From Cellvibrionales bacterium (GTDB lineage: Bacteria; Pseudomonadota; Gammaproteobacteria; Pseudomonadales; JAHEIH01), in contig JAHEIH010000004.1 in the NCBI GenBank assembly GCA_024639455.1, positions 161,371-225,370 on the forward strand: DNA of 64,000 nt, read 5' to 3'. The position numbers were made by a program, and so were the translations under genes. Position 1 is the first letter of the stretch. Each line of letters starts with the position of its first letter. The notes under the pieces are model-generated. The model made no database searches and was not told where the DNA came from. It saw only the letters and a program-made list of their open reading frames with translations. Positions 10,226 to 20,200 of the stretch are shown piece after piece.

Positions 10226-10831
10226 TTAGGTCGGCCAAACGGTAGCCCAGTCGCGGTCACCCTCTTTGTAGGGGATGTCCTTGTAGGTGCCGGGGATTTC
10301 TACGTGCCGCAGGACCTCGGTGCCACCTTCTTTACTGGTGAAAAATCCAAAGATGATCAACTGCTTAAACAGCGTGAAATAGTGCGGCAGATCACCAAAA
10401 CCTTCACCTTCCCACACCACTTTCTCGCCCTTGTTATAGGCCAGTGCTTCGCTATCGATAGCGGTTAACAGTTCATTGCGTTCAGCGTCGCTGGCGTCGG
10501 TAAAGCTTTTGCCGAAGTTCAGTTGCGAACGCGTTTCTACATTGGCCATGCCCGCTTCAAAAAGGGCTTGCTGGGTGGGGGTGTAGCAATCGCGGATCAT
10601 GCCAATAACAAAGGCGGGTAGGCCGGCATCCTTGGCTCCGGGGGTGTCGGTGCGTGGAATGACGGTTTCACAAATCTCTTCGATCAGTGCCACTTGCTGT
10701 GCGTTGAAGCCCGAATCTGCCACGCTGGTCGCCGCCGCGGGTGGCTTCCAAATGGCGTAGGCGGGGTTGTAAACAAACGCGGCGCCAGTGGCTACCGCGA
10801 TGGCTTGGAGTAATTCACGACGGTTCATCAT
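10226..10831 (-). CDS. Tat-signal small subunit (gluconate 2-dehydrogenase subunit 3-like) of a GMC dehydrogenase
   Basis: Twin-arginine N-terminus MMNRRELLQAIAVATGAAF, about 200 aa. Its start overlaps the stop of the GMC gene (TAATG). Confidence 0.75.
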   Translation of the reverse strand: MMNRRELLQAIAVATGAAFVYNPAYAIWKPPAAATSVADSGFNAQQVALIEEICETVIPRTDTPGAKDAGLPAFVIGMIRDCYTPTQQALFEAGMANVETRSQLNFGKSFTDASDAERNELLTAIDSEALAYNKGEKVVWEGEGFGDLPHYFTLFKQLIIFGFFTSKEGGTEVLRHVEIPGTYKDIPYKEGDRDWATVWPT

Positions 10832-12522
10832 TACAGGTTACCTCGCTTCAGTTCTTCTACCGCGAACTCTGCGGCGCGGGCGGTTAATGCCATGTAGGTC
10901 AAGGAGGGGTTCACACACGACGCTGAGGTCATGCACGCGCCGTCGGTGACGAATACATTGGGGGCATCCCACACTTGGTTGTGCTGGTTCAATACCGATG
11001 AATTGGGATCTCGACCCATGCGTGCGGTGCCCATTTCGTGGATGCCCTTACCCATGTGGTAGGTGGTTTCCCATGACTTAGCATTTTTCAGGCCGATGCT
11101 GTCGAACATCTCAACGATGTCTTCTTTCATAGCCTTGCGCATTTTGATTTCGTTATCGCGAATCTTAGCGTCCATTTCTAGCACTGGCAGGCCCCAGGCA
11201 TCGCGGGTCTCAAAGTTGAGCGACACCTTGTTGCGGTGATCGGGCAGGATTTCGCCGAAGCCTGTGGCGTTAATGGTCCACTTGCCGGGCTCGGCCAAGC
11301 TCGCTTTGAGGCCGGCGCCAATGCCGAGTTCGCTGCTGTCGCGCATGAAGCCTTCACGGCCCGCACGACCCTGGAAGCCGAAGCCGCGCAGGAAGTCGCG
11401 CTTGTCGCTGCCCCAGTTGGCAAAGCGTGGGATATAGAAACCGTTGGGGCGACGACCGTAGGTGTGCTGATCCAGGAAACCATCCACTTCCGCCGAACCG
11501 CCTAGCATGTAGTGGTGGTCCATGACGTTATGGCCGAGTTCACCGGAGCTCGAGCCCAAACCATTGTCCCAAACGTCACGCGCTGAGTTCATTAGAATCC
11601 AGGTTGAGTTGAGGGTCGAGGCGTTCAAGAACACGATCTTGCTATTAAAGGTGATTGTTTCGTGCGTTTCTGCATCAATCACTTCTACGCCTGTTACGCG
11701 TTGGGTGTTCTTATCGTAGATTAGCTCTTTAACGATAGACATGGGGCGAACTGTGAGGTTGCCGGTCTTCATTGCCGCAGGCAGGGTGGTTGATTGCGTA
11801 CTGAAATAGCCACCAAAGGGACAGCCGGTCCAGCATTTGTCGCGGTGCTGACACTTGCCGCGGCCCTGATCGGGACGGTTTTCGGTGGCATGTGCGCAAC
11901 GACCAATAATCAGGTGGCGCTCCCCTTTGTATTGTTTCTTGATGCGAGCGGCCACGTCACGCTCTACCACATTCAAGTTCATGGGGGGCAAAAAGTCGCT
12001 GTCGGGCAATACATCTAGGCCATCGTTGTTACCCGAAATGCCGGCAAAGCGCTCCACGTAGCCGTACCACTTCTCGAGATCTTCGTAGCGAATGGGCCAG
12101 TCGACGGCGATACCTTCTTTACCATTGGCCATGAAGTCTTCGCGGTTCAAACGGTAGGTTTGACGACCCCACAGCAGTGAACGACCCCCCATTTGGTAGG
12201 CGCGAAACCATTGAAAAGGCTCTTTTTCAACGTAGGGTGCCGTTTGATGGCTTGCCCAAGCGCCCATGGTGGGCTCATTGAAGGGGTAGCCTGTGCCGCG
12301 TGCCATATTTGGCTCAGTCGCTTTGGCTTCGAGGCTGGGGCGCCCGTGGTGTGGGTAGTCCCACAGGTTTTTTTGCATGTTGACATAGTCTTTCAGGTGC
12401 TGGACGTCGCCACCGCGCTCCAGCATCAACACTTTAAGGCCTTTTTCGGTCAGTTCTTTGGCTGCCCAGCCGCCGCTGATGCCAGAGCCGACGACGATTG
12501 CGTCATAGGTATTGTTTGCCAT
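10831..12522 (-). CDS. GMC-family FAD-dependent oxidoreductase (sugar/glycoside dehydrogenase candidate), no own signal peptide
   Basis: FAD fold YDAIVVGSGISGGWAAKELTEKGLKVLMLERG, 563 aa, GMC C-terminal domain. Confidence 0.85.
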   Translation of the reverse strand: MANNTYDAIVVGSGISGGWAAKELTEKGLKVLMLERGGDVQHLKDYVNMQKNLWDYPHHGRPSLEAKATEPNMARGTGYPFNEPTMGAWASHQTAPYVEKEPFQWFRAYQMGGRSLLWGRQTYRLNREDFMANGKEGIAVDWPIRYEDLEKWYGYVERFAGISGNNDGLDVLPDSDFLPPMNLNVVERDVAARIKKQYKGERHLIIGRCAHATENRPDQGRGKCQHRDKCWTGCPFGGYFSTQSTTLPAAMKTGNLTVRPMSIVKELIYDKNTQRVTGVEVIDAETHETITFNSKIVFLNASTLNSTWILMNSARDVWDNGLGSSSGELGHNVMDHHYMLGGSAEVDGFLDQHTYGRRPNGFYIPRFANWGSDKRDFLRGFGFQGRAGREGFMRDSSELGIGAGLKASLAEPGKWTINATGFGEILPDHRNKVSLNFETRDAWGLPVLEMDAKIRDNEIKMRKAMKEDIVEMFDSIGLKNAKSWETTYHMGKGIHEMGTARMGRDPNSSVLNQHNQVWDAPNVFVTDGACMTSASCVNPSLTYMALTARAAEFAVEELKRGNL

Positions 12523-12614
12523 GGTAGTCCTTCTTGCTTAGCAGGATACTGCTTTGCTCGTTATTCTGTTGGGGTTCAAAACCACGGATGTAATATGGAT
12601 TTGAGACGATAAAA

Positions 12615-12628
12615 TGTAACCGGTTTCA
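12615..12628. promoter_or_regulatory. LacI-type operator TGTAACCGGTTTCA
   Basis: One mismatch to TGTAAnCGnTTACA. It lies 93 bp upstream of the GMC start, in the region divergent from the lacI-like gene. Confidence 0.6.
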
Positions 12629-12735
12629 TGTTGGTCGTCAATCAACCGCCCGGTATATCTGACAAGGCGGGTCGTTTGTCAGTCAAAAAGCGAGGGATGT
12701 GCATAGGATAAAAGTGTGACATGCTATAGACTTGC

Positions 12736-12764
12736 AAAAAAAAGCAGCCCCCAGTAGGGGCTGC
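12736..12764 (-). terminator. minus-strand-oriented rho-independent terminator upstream of the lacI-like gene
   Basis: Perfect 8-bp stem GCAGCCCC / GGGGCTGC (12744-12764), preceded on the plus strand by eight A (a U-run on the minus strand). Confidence 0.7.
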
Positions 12765-12808
12765 CAATAATCACTAACAGGGAGATCAAAAATGAGTACG
12801 CTCTCTCT

Positions 12809-12822
12809 TGAAAACGTTTACA
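12809..12822. promoter_or_regulatory. LacI-type operator TGAAAACGTTTACA (possible autoregulation)
   Basis: One mismatch to the consensus. It lies about 100 bp upstream of the LacI start at 12924. Confidence 0.55.
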
Positions 12823-12923
12823 GATACTACCAAGCGAATAAGACGCTGGCAACGCCAATATCAAAAATGCTTACAAAAGCGTATAAGGCTCGGTAAAACA
12901 ACTAACGGGATGAAGGAAAGCTT

Positions 12924-13928
12924 ATGGCTACCATCAAAGACGTTGCAAAACTCGCCGGTGTCTCGGTAGCTACCGTGTCTCGCTACTTGAGTGGCGCTTC
13001 TAAATTAACCACCTCTACTGAAGCCAAGGTTAAGGGAGCGATCGAAACACTTAGCTATCGGCCCAACATCATGGCGCGAAGTCTCAGTCAATCACGCTCA
13101 GATATGTTGATGGTGCTGGTGTCCGGTGTGAGCAGCCCATTTATTAGTAATTTGTTGAGTGCTTTTAGTAAACCTGCTTCTGCCCGTGGTTATAAAGTAT
13201 TGCTCGCCGAAACTTCGATGGACCAAAAGATTGAAGCCACCTATATCGAGGCGCTGCGCTCGCGGTTAGCTGATGGTTTCGTGCAGTTGAGTGCCCACTT
13301 GCACCCCGAGATGCTGGATAAAAAGCACACTATTCCATTCGTGAACGTGTGTGAGTGCCTCCCCGAAGCGACCTACCCGACGGTGCAGATCGACGATAAA
13401 CGTGCAGCTAAACAAATCACCGAATTTCTTATCTCATTGGGTCACCGAGAAATCGCCTGTCTGGTTGGTCTATACAACGATCAGTACCGCAGCCCGGTCA
13501 CTGTGAAACGATTAGATGGTTTTCGTGACGCGCTCGATGGCAACGATATCGAGTTTCACGCAGAGTGGATGTTGCAGGGGGACTACACCACGGATTCTGG
13601 CGTACAGGCGGCGCAGACTATCGCCGAGATGAAGCAGCGCCCAACCGCTGTATTCTGTGCCAGTGATACCATGGCGATTGGTTTAATTCGTGGACTGGCT
13701 AATTTGGGTATTAACGTGCCCGACGACATTTCGGTCACGGGCTTTGACGATATCGAGATGGCGAAGTACACCGTACCTTCGCTGACGACGATCAGGCAGC
13801 CGGTGGAAAAGATTGCTAATGCCGCTATTAACAATCTCATCGATATTATCGAGGAGAAGGCCCATGTGCGGCAGCATGTCACGATTGAGCATGAGCTCAT
13901 TCTTCGAGGCAGCACCCGCCGCCTCTAG
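12924..13928 (+). CDS. LacI-family transcriptional regulator (paralogue 1)
   Basis: HTH MATIKDVAKLAGVSVATVSRYLSG plus a periplasmic-binding-protein-like sugar-binding core. Confidence 0.9.
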   Translation: MATIKDVAKLAGVSVATVSRYLSGASKLTTSTEAKVKGAIETLSYRPNIMARSLSQSRSDMLMVLVSGVSSPFISNLLSAFSKPASARGYKVLLAETSMDQKIEATYIEALRSRLADGFVQLSAHLHPEMLDKKHTIPFVNVCECLPEATYPTVQIDDKRAAKQITEFLISLGHREIACLVGLYNDQYRSPVTVKRLDGFRDALDGNDIEFHAEWMLQGDYTTDSGVQAAQTIAEMKQRPTAVFCASDTMAIGLIRGLANLGINVPDDISVTGFDDIEMAKYTVPSLTTIRQPVEKIANAAINNLIDIIEEKAHVRQHVTIEHELILRGSTRRL

Positions 13929-13930
13929 CA

Positions 13931-15412
13931 TTACATTGGCGCGGGGCAGTATTGAGCGAGGAAGTCGGCATGGCTTGGCATTGCCGCTAAATTCCCTTTT
14001 ACCTTGTCGCGGATAGCGTGCATTTGTTGCAGTAACTGCTGAGGTGGCAGCAGTGCGGCACCACTGTGGTGGTGTCCGGGCACAATACCTTGGCCCATCA
14101 TTACCTGTAACCACGAATCCACTCGGAACAGGTTTACGTTGTCGGCGGTGACATAACCATTCGCCGCAAATATATCCATGCGGTGACGCAAGCTATCAGG
14201 GGCATCCATTTCACGATAGAAATCCCACATGGGGCTATCGTTACGGGCGGTTTGTTTATAGTGCAGGATAATGAAGTCGCGGATCGCCTCTAACTCTACT
14301 TTGGTATCCATATTGTAGCGTTCAGCGGCCAATGCCATGTTGCCGTCAAATGGCATCAAACGCATCAGGCGCATGATGCTGGTGGTGATCAAGTGGATGG
14401 AGGTAGATTCCAAGGGTTCTAGGAAGCCACTTGAGAGACCAATAGCCACACAGTTCTTGTGCCAGCATTCGCGGCGTTTGCCGGTGGTGAAACGAATTTG
14501 TCTCGGCTCTGTGATCATGGGTCCCTGCAGGTGATCCACGAGGGTTTGACGCGCTTCATCATCGCTTGCGAACTGGCTGCTGTAAACAATGCCGTTGCCG
14601 GTTCGGGTTTGCAGCGGAATACGCCACTGCCAACCAATAGGGTGGGCAATGGCGCGAGTGAAGGGCGGTGGCGCAACGGTGCTTTCAGTTTGAACGGCCT
14701 GGGCGCTGTTGGCGGCCAGCCAATGGCTCCAATCGTCGTAAGCAACGCCAAGGGTTTCGCCGATTAATAGCCCTCTAAATCCGGTGCAGTCGACAAATAT
14801 ATCACCTTCTATTACCTGGCCGCTGTCGAGGTGAATTGCACGGATGTGGCCGTTGTCGGGATCAAGCGCAACCTGTTGGATGATACCTTCGCAACGAGTG
14901 GCGCCCAATGCTTCCGATTTTTGTCTCAAGTAGCCCGCATAGGCGGTGGCGTTGAGGTGGTAGGCATAGTTGACTGGGGTGTTGTTGGCCATCAAAGAGA
15001 ATTTGCCAGCTTCAGCTGCGCGTAACTCTAAACAAAAGTCGCCTAAATCCCCTTTATAACCCTGTTTCACAGCCTCCATCCAGTAGGTGTGGAACTCCGT
15101 CATCCATGTGCCTTGGCCGATCACGCCAAAGGAGTGGATGTAGCTGTCGTCTACCTTTCCCCAGTTGTCAAAGTAAATGCCCAGCTTGAAGGTGGCCTGG
15201 GTGGCCTGCATGAACTCGCGCTCATCGATTTCTAGCATTTTATGGAAGGTTTTCATGGTCGGTATGGTGGCTTCGCCCACACCGACTGTGCCGATCTGGT
15301 CAGATTCGACCAGCGTGACATCCACCACTTTTCCAAGGCGTTTAATAATGGCGTAGGCGGCCAGCCATCCGGCAGTGCCACCGCCAGCGATGACGAGACG
15401 AGTTTTGTTCAT
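13931..15412 (-). CDS. flavin-dependent halogenase family protein (tryptophan-halogenase-like)
   Basis: GGGTAGW (GxGxxG), GVGEATIPTMK, WQWRIP (WxWxIP) and FLEPLESTS are all present. Confidence 0.85.
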   Translation of the reverse strand: MNKTRLVIAGGGTAGWLAAYAIIKRLGKVVDVTLVESDQIGTVGVGEATIPTMKTFHKMLEIDEREFMQATQATFKLGIYFDNWGKVDDSYIHSFGVIGQGTWMTEFHTYWMEAVKQGYKGDLGDFCLELRAAEAGKFSLMANNTPVNYAYHLNATAYAGYLRQKSEALGATRCEGIIQQVALDPDNGHIRAIHLDSGQVIEGDIFVDCTGFRGLLIGETLGVAYDDWSHWLAANSAQAVQTESTVAPPPFTRAIAHPIGWQWRIPLQTRTGNGIVYSSQFASDDEARQTLVDHLQGPMITEPRQIRFTTGKRRECWHKNCVAIGLSSGFLEPLESTSIHLITTSIMRLMRLMPFDGNMALAAERYNMDTKVELEAIRDFIILHYKQTARNDSPMWDFYREMDAPDSLRHRMDIFAANGYVTADNVNLFRVDSWLQVMMGQGIVPGHHHSGAALLPPQQLLQQMHAIRDKVKGNLAAMPSHADFLAQYCPAPM

Positions 15413-15413
15413 G

Positions 15414-16436
15414 CTAAATATTTAAACCTTGTTTAACCATGTTGCGGAGACGGCGAGATTTTTGATCATCCATAGGCGCAAGAACCCCGTGTACAACTTC
15501 TGGTAGGTGTTGGCGCGGATGTTCGGCATCGCCAAACACGTAGTATTCAAAGAATTCTCGCCAAGCCTGTTTTTCAGCAGGTGAACGATCGCGCAGCGAG
15601 AGAATACCGTGCATCAGTAAGTCGGTAGGGTTACCCATGAAGCGGGGCGCGTTGACCCACCAGTAATTGACCATCACGTTGAAGGTACTCAGTGCATCGA
15701 CTTCGTGCCACCAAAGGCTAGGATAATACACCGCATCACCGGGTTCCATGTCAACTACCACGGCGTTGGCAAGTGCTTCTTCAAGCCCCGGAAAGCGCTC
15801 ATGGTCAGGATTTTTAATATCCGCCATGGTTACCGGCTGGCCGCCTGGGGTCATGCCCCAAGGGCCAGGGTAAATATTCTTGATTTGATTCGGTGGGAAC
15901 AACGTAAAACGACGCTTGCCCATCACACAGCAGGCCAGATTTTGCGGGATGTCGTAGTGGGCCAGCGCGCGTGATTCAGTGCCAATCCAGATTTTTGCCA
16001 CAAATGGCGAGGTTTCGAATACTGGGTGGTTGAACACGAGATCGTTCTCGTCGCGCATGCCGGGAAACGACTGGTCGACCACCAGCGAGTTCATGTAGAA
16101 ATAGTCGTGCTCTTCCTGCCCCTGGCACGCCTCAATCAAATCGAGCACGTTGGTCAGCTTGTCATTGACGCCATCGTAGTTAAAGCCTGACATATCTTCG
16201 TTGTAACTAAAGCAACCGCCCATGTTTGGGCCGCCGCGAAAGTATAGGATAGGTTTTTGGTCGTAAAAGCGTGTCAGTTCCGCCTTCATTGCTTGAAACG
16301 ATTGTCGGCCTTTATTAACCAGCGGCCAATCTTTCACCAGGCCCTTTAAAAGGATGGGCTCGGGGCTAGCGAACAGTGTTTCCCAGGGAATGCTGTCCGG
16401 GGTGACGTTCTCAAAAATTTTGGGCGTGCCTGACAT
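15414..16436 (-). CDS. cupin-like / JmjC-type (Cupin_8) protein
   Basis: 340 aa. Candidate HxD...H facial triad (ALAHYD ... WWHEV). It occupies the usual position between SapC and the halogenase. Confidence 0.7.
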   Translation of the reverse strand: MSGTPKIFENVTPDSIPWETLFASPEPILLKGLVKDWPLVNKGRQSFQAMKAELTRFYDQKPILYFRGGPNMGGCFSYNEDMSGFNYDGVNDKLTNVLDLIEACQGQEEHDYFYMNSLVVDQSFPGMRDENDLVFNHPVFETSPFVAKIWIGTESRALAHYDIPQNLACCVMGKRRFTLFPPNQIKNIYPGPWGMTPGGQPVTMADIKNPDHERFPGLEEALANAVVVDMEPGDAVYYPSLWWHEVDALSTFNVMVNYWWVNAPRFMGNPTDLLMHGILSLRDRSPAEKQAWREFFEYYVFGDAEHPRQHLPEVVHGVLAPMDDQKSRRLRNMVKQGLNI

Positions 16437-16443
16437 ATCTGCT

Positions 16444-17169
16444 CTAATGCGCGTTTTGTAGTGCGTTCTTTTTGTCGATCAAACGCTGGAAATTACCTAG
16501 CGATGATAACAAGAAATACACCTGAGCCAAGATACCCATGTCGCGCAATTTGACCAATTGTTCACCGCTCAGTTGCGACAATTTCTCTTGATTGATACTC
16601 ATGTAGTCTTTAAAGCCGAAGTGTTGCTGTTCGCTCAGCGACAGATTGATATCAACGGGCTCAAGCAATTCCATTTCTTCAAGAGTGGCATAGAACACTT
16701 CATCGTTTCTATGACCAGAATCAATCACTGACAAGACTTTCTTTACAAATTGTAAGTAGGGGGATTCACCGCCGAATTCGAGGAAAATTTCAGTGCCGCT
16801 ATCAGAGATGCGGGGGTCTTTTTCGTCGACCATGATCATGGGGTTTTGGGTTTTTACGCCATCGACTTCTTGTTCTTGATAGCCGATAGAAAACGGACCG
16901 CGAGCCAATGTGGCTGGCACGGTAGTACAAGTCCAACGACCGTTCTCTAAAAATAAGTTTTCATCTTTTTGCAGCCCCATAATGGCGTGCGCGCACAATT
17001 TCCCGTTTTCGGGGTTCTTGGCGATAAGAATGGGGAATTCTTTGTGCAAATCCGCAATTTCTGTGCTGTAGGCCAGTGCGCGGTTGATGTTGTCGCCGTA
17101 TTCTGTGCCAGGCTTTGTGTCCACTTTCAAATGTTGGTGGGTTTCGTTATGGAGAATGACTAAAGACAT
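16444..17169 (-). CDS. SapC-family protein
   Basis: 241 aa immediately downstream of the TonB-dependent receptor. The N-terminus ...LNxxxHxxLKV... is the pattern I associate with SapC-family proteins of receptor loci. Confidence 0.65.
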   Translation of the reverse strand: MSLVILHNETHQHLKVDTKPGTEYGDNINRALAYSTEIADLHKEFPILIAKNPENGKLCAHAIMGLQKDENLFLENGRWTCTTVPATLARGPFSIGYQEQEVDGVKTQNPMIMVDEKDPRISDSGTEIFLEFGGESPYLQFVKKVLSVIDSGHRNDEVFYATLEEMELLEPVDINLSLSEQQHFGFKDYMSINQEKLSQLSGEQLVKLRDMGILAQVYFLLSSLGNFQRLIDKKNALQNAH

Positions 17170-17184
17170 AAAATTTCAAACCTT

Positions 17185-17225
17185 AAAAAATAAAAAAGGG
17201 CTTTCACCGCGAGATGAAAGCCCTT
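17185..17225 (-). terminator. rho-independent terminator between the receptor and SapC genes
   Basis: Perfect 11-bp stem AAGGGCTTTCA / TGAAAGCCCTT (17196-17225), with an A-rich run at 17185-17195 (a U-run on the minus strand). Confidence 0.85.
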
Positions 17226-17240
17226 GTCTCTAACTAGCTA

Positions 17241-20200
17241 TTAGAAGCTGTAACGAGCTGACAACATGTAACGTGGATCAGCTTCGCCGTTCCAGTACTG
17301 CATACCTTCAGTACGGCCGTAGATCTTCTGGCCTTCGCCAGTCACGTTAATGCCATCCAGGCTTACGACGATGTCATCAGTTACGTTGTAAGTGATGTTC
17401 AAGTCGATCTGGCTGAACTCTTTAACGAATACGGGTGAACCAGCTTGGCCAGCGTATGCGGTTGAGTTCAGGAAGGTGTCACGCCAGTTGTATGCAACAC
17501 GTGCAGACAGCGCGTCATCTTCGTACATCAGCACCAAGTTAGCAGAATCAGACAGGCCTAACAAGGCGAACTGAGAAATGCTTGGGTCAGCCGATACATC
17601 GTAACCGATGTCGCCGTCAACCATGGTAGCGTTAGCGCTAACACCGAAGCCAGTGTCACCGAAGAAGTGCTGTACAGCGAATTCCCAACCGTCAATAGTC
17701 GCAGCTTGGTTGTTTACAGGCTGTGAAGTATTGAAGGTGTACAAAGGATCGCTCGCTCCGGGAGTGATGTCGTAATCAGCTTCTACCTGAGTAGTGTTGA
17801 TCGCTGAGAACTGAGTTGCAGTCAGAGCGTCGACTGAACCTACACCTGCCCAGTTAGCGTTGCCGTCACCGAAGTTCTGGATCAGCGCTGACATGGTGAA
17901 CATGTTGTCTTCGTTGACGTTCAGACCCAGTGCTTGCAGTTTAGCCAGAGCTTGACCAGACAAGCTGCCAGCTGTTGCCGCACCCGCGTCACGCAGGCCG
18001 AACAGAGACTGAGGAACTACTGCAGTACCCACGAAGTTTTCTACTTTCTTGTAGAAGTAGCCCGCCGACACGTAGCTAGCTTCGCCGTAGTAGTATTCCA
18101 ACGACAGGTCGAAGTTGTCAGACTCGAGAGGATCCAGTTTAGCGGTACCTTTGCTTGCAGTGGGGTAGCCACCCAAGTAAGTCAGAGTACCACCGGTAGA
18201 ACCGATACCCGTCTTAACGAACATGTCGCTGTAGCCTGGACGTGCGATTGACTTGCCGTAAGAAGCGCGCAGCTTCATTTCGTCAGTCAGGTCAACAGAA
18301 ACGTCCAAGTTTGGCAGGATGTTGCTGTAAGAGTAGTCTTCATCCAGTACTGCAGGAGACGCGCCAGCGTAGCTCTGTGCGAAGTCGTTGTTTGATTCCC
18401 AAATAATTGCAGTGGGAGACACTTGGACAGTCGCGGAGTTTACGTCGGTTTCTTCGTAGCGTACGCCGAAGTTCACTTGAACTGGCTTGCCAGAGAACTC
18501 AGTTTCCCACTTACCGTTCACGTAGACTGACGTAATGTCTTCGCTGATCAGGTTGTCGTTGCCGCCTGATGAGGTCAGATTATTCAACGAGAAGTTGGGG
18601 TAGATGTCGTTCTGCGCATCCATGTATTGAATGAACGAGTACGCGTCAACGGTGAAGGCTTGTTGACCCAAGATGGTCATGACGTAGCCATCAGGTGCAA
18701 TGCCAGTAGCGTTGGGGAAACCGTTGAACTGCAGATCGCCAAATGCACAAGTACCACAGATTTCAGTGATTTGATTGTCGTCAGGGATGTCGCCGTTACC
18801 CACGCCCCAACCACCGAGGTAGTCCGTAGTGCCTGAGTTTACTTGCGCCATTTCAGTTGACAGGAAGCCTGCACCGAAATCAACAGTCAGGCTGTCATCT
18901 ACTTCATAAGTACCGTCCAGGTTGAACTGGTCGATAGAAGATTTCTGCATTGAGCTGTTGGTGATGAAGGTTTGGGTGTTGATGTCGCCACGGTCGTAAA
19001 CGCCGTTGCCGTTACCCCAAGCGCCGTGTGAACCGTCAGCATCTACGTAGCCTTCGCTTTCCAGTACACCTACTGATGCAGTGGGAACACCGTCGCCGTA
19101 GTAAGCGGCCTGCCAGCCAGAACCTGAAGAAGCGATGTTGATGCGAGTACCTGCCCAGCCGTTAGGACCGTTACCACCAGACTCTGCTTCAGATGAAGCG
19201 GCATCTAAGCTGACGGTCAGTCGATCGCTGAACTCGTGACGGATGTTGATACCGAAAGACTGCATGGTGTCTTTTGACGCATCGTAGCGGTTGGCGTAGA
19301 AGTAGTCTTTACCTTCGTTAGGCACGCCGTCAGTGGTAGGCAGACGGTGCAATTCAACCAGTGCCAAAGGTGTGGCTACAATGGGGTTGCCGTCGAACTC
19401 AACGTATGAGTAGTTGCGGTTGAACCAAATACCAGGAACAACACCCGTTTGCTCTTGAGTGGTTTGGGTGTACAGCACGTCAGCAGTAATGGTAGTGCGG
19501 TCGCTTGGTGCGAACTGCATAGTGACCATGGCATTTGAACGCTCACGGTTCAGATCCATGATGTTCATGCCTATGTTCCAAGGAATCGCTACCAACGAAC
19601 CAGCAGCTGGCTCGTTAACGCGCTCAGCGTTTGCCCAAGGGCCCAGAGTAGGATCGTAGTCCAGGTACTGGTAACCAGAAACGTTTACACCGGCTGCGCC
19701 AGAGCTACGCTCTTGGTATGAACCAAACACGCTGATACCGAAAGTGTTGTCTTCGTTAGCCATGCTGAACAAGCCGCTGACTTCAGGCGTGATGTCCTTG
19801 TTGCCAGACTGGTCGTTAACCAATTTAACGCCAACAGACGCTTGGTCACCCGCTTCCAGAGGACGGTTGGTTTGAACGTTGATAGTCGCGCCCATACCAC
19901 CGCTAACAACTTTAGCGTTAGCTGTTTTGTAAACTTGAATACCTTGTACGCCTTCAGACGCCAGGTTTGAGAAGTCAAACGAACGAGAAGTACCCAGTGC
20001 GCCAGCTTCGTCAGAGTTACCAGTGACGTTGGCAACGTTTGCAGAGGGCATTTGACGACCGTTCAAGGTCACCATGTTGTAGCCGCCACCGAAACCACGA
20101 ACGGTTACTTGTGAGCCTTCGCCGTTTACACGGTCAATCGAAACACCGGTAATACGCTGCAGAGATTCTGCCAAGTTGGTGTCAGGGAATTTACCCATGT

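Noticed and set aside
13931-15412. Halogenase as a marker of a halogenated secondary-metabolite gene cluster
   Set aside because: No NRPS, PKS, tryptophan-tailoring, flavin-reductase or resistance genes are nearby. The gene is the last member of a sugar-regulated TonB-receptor operon.
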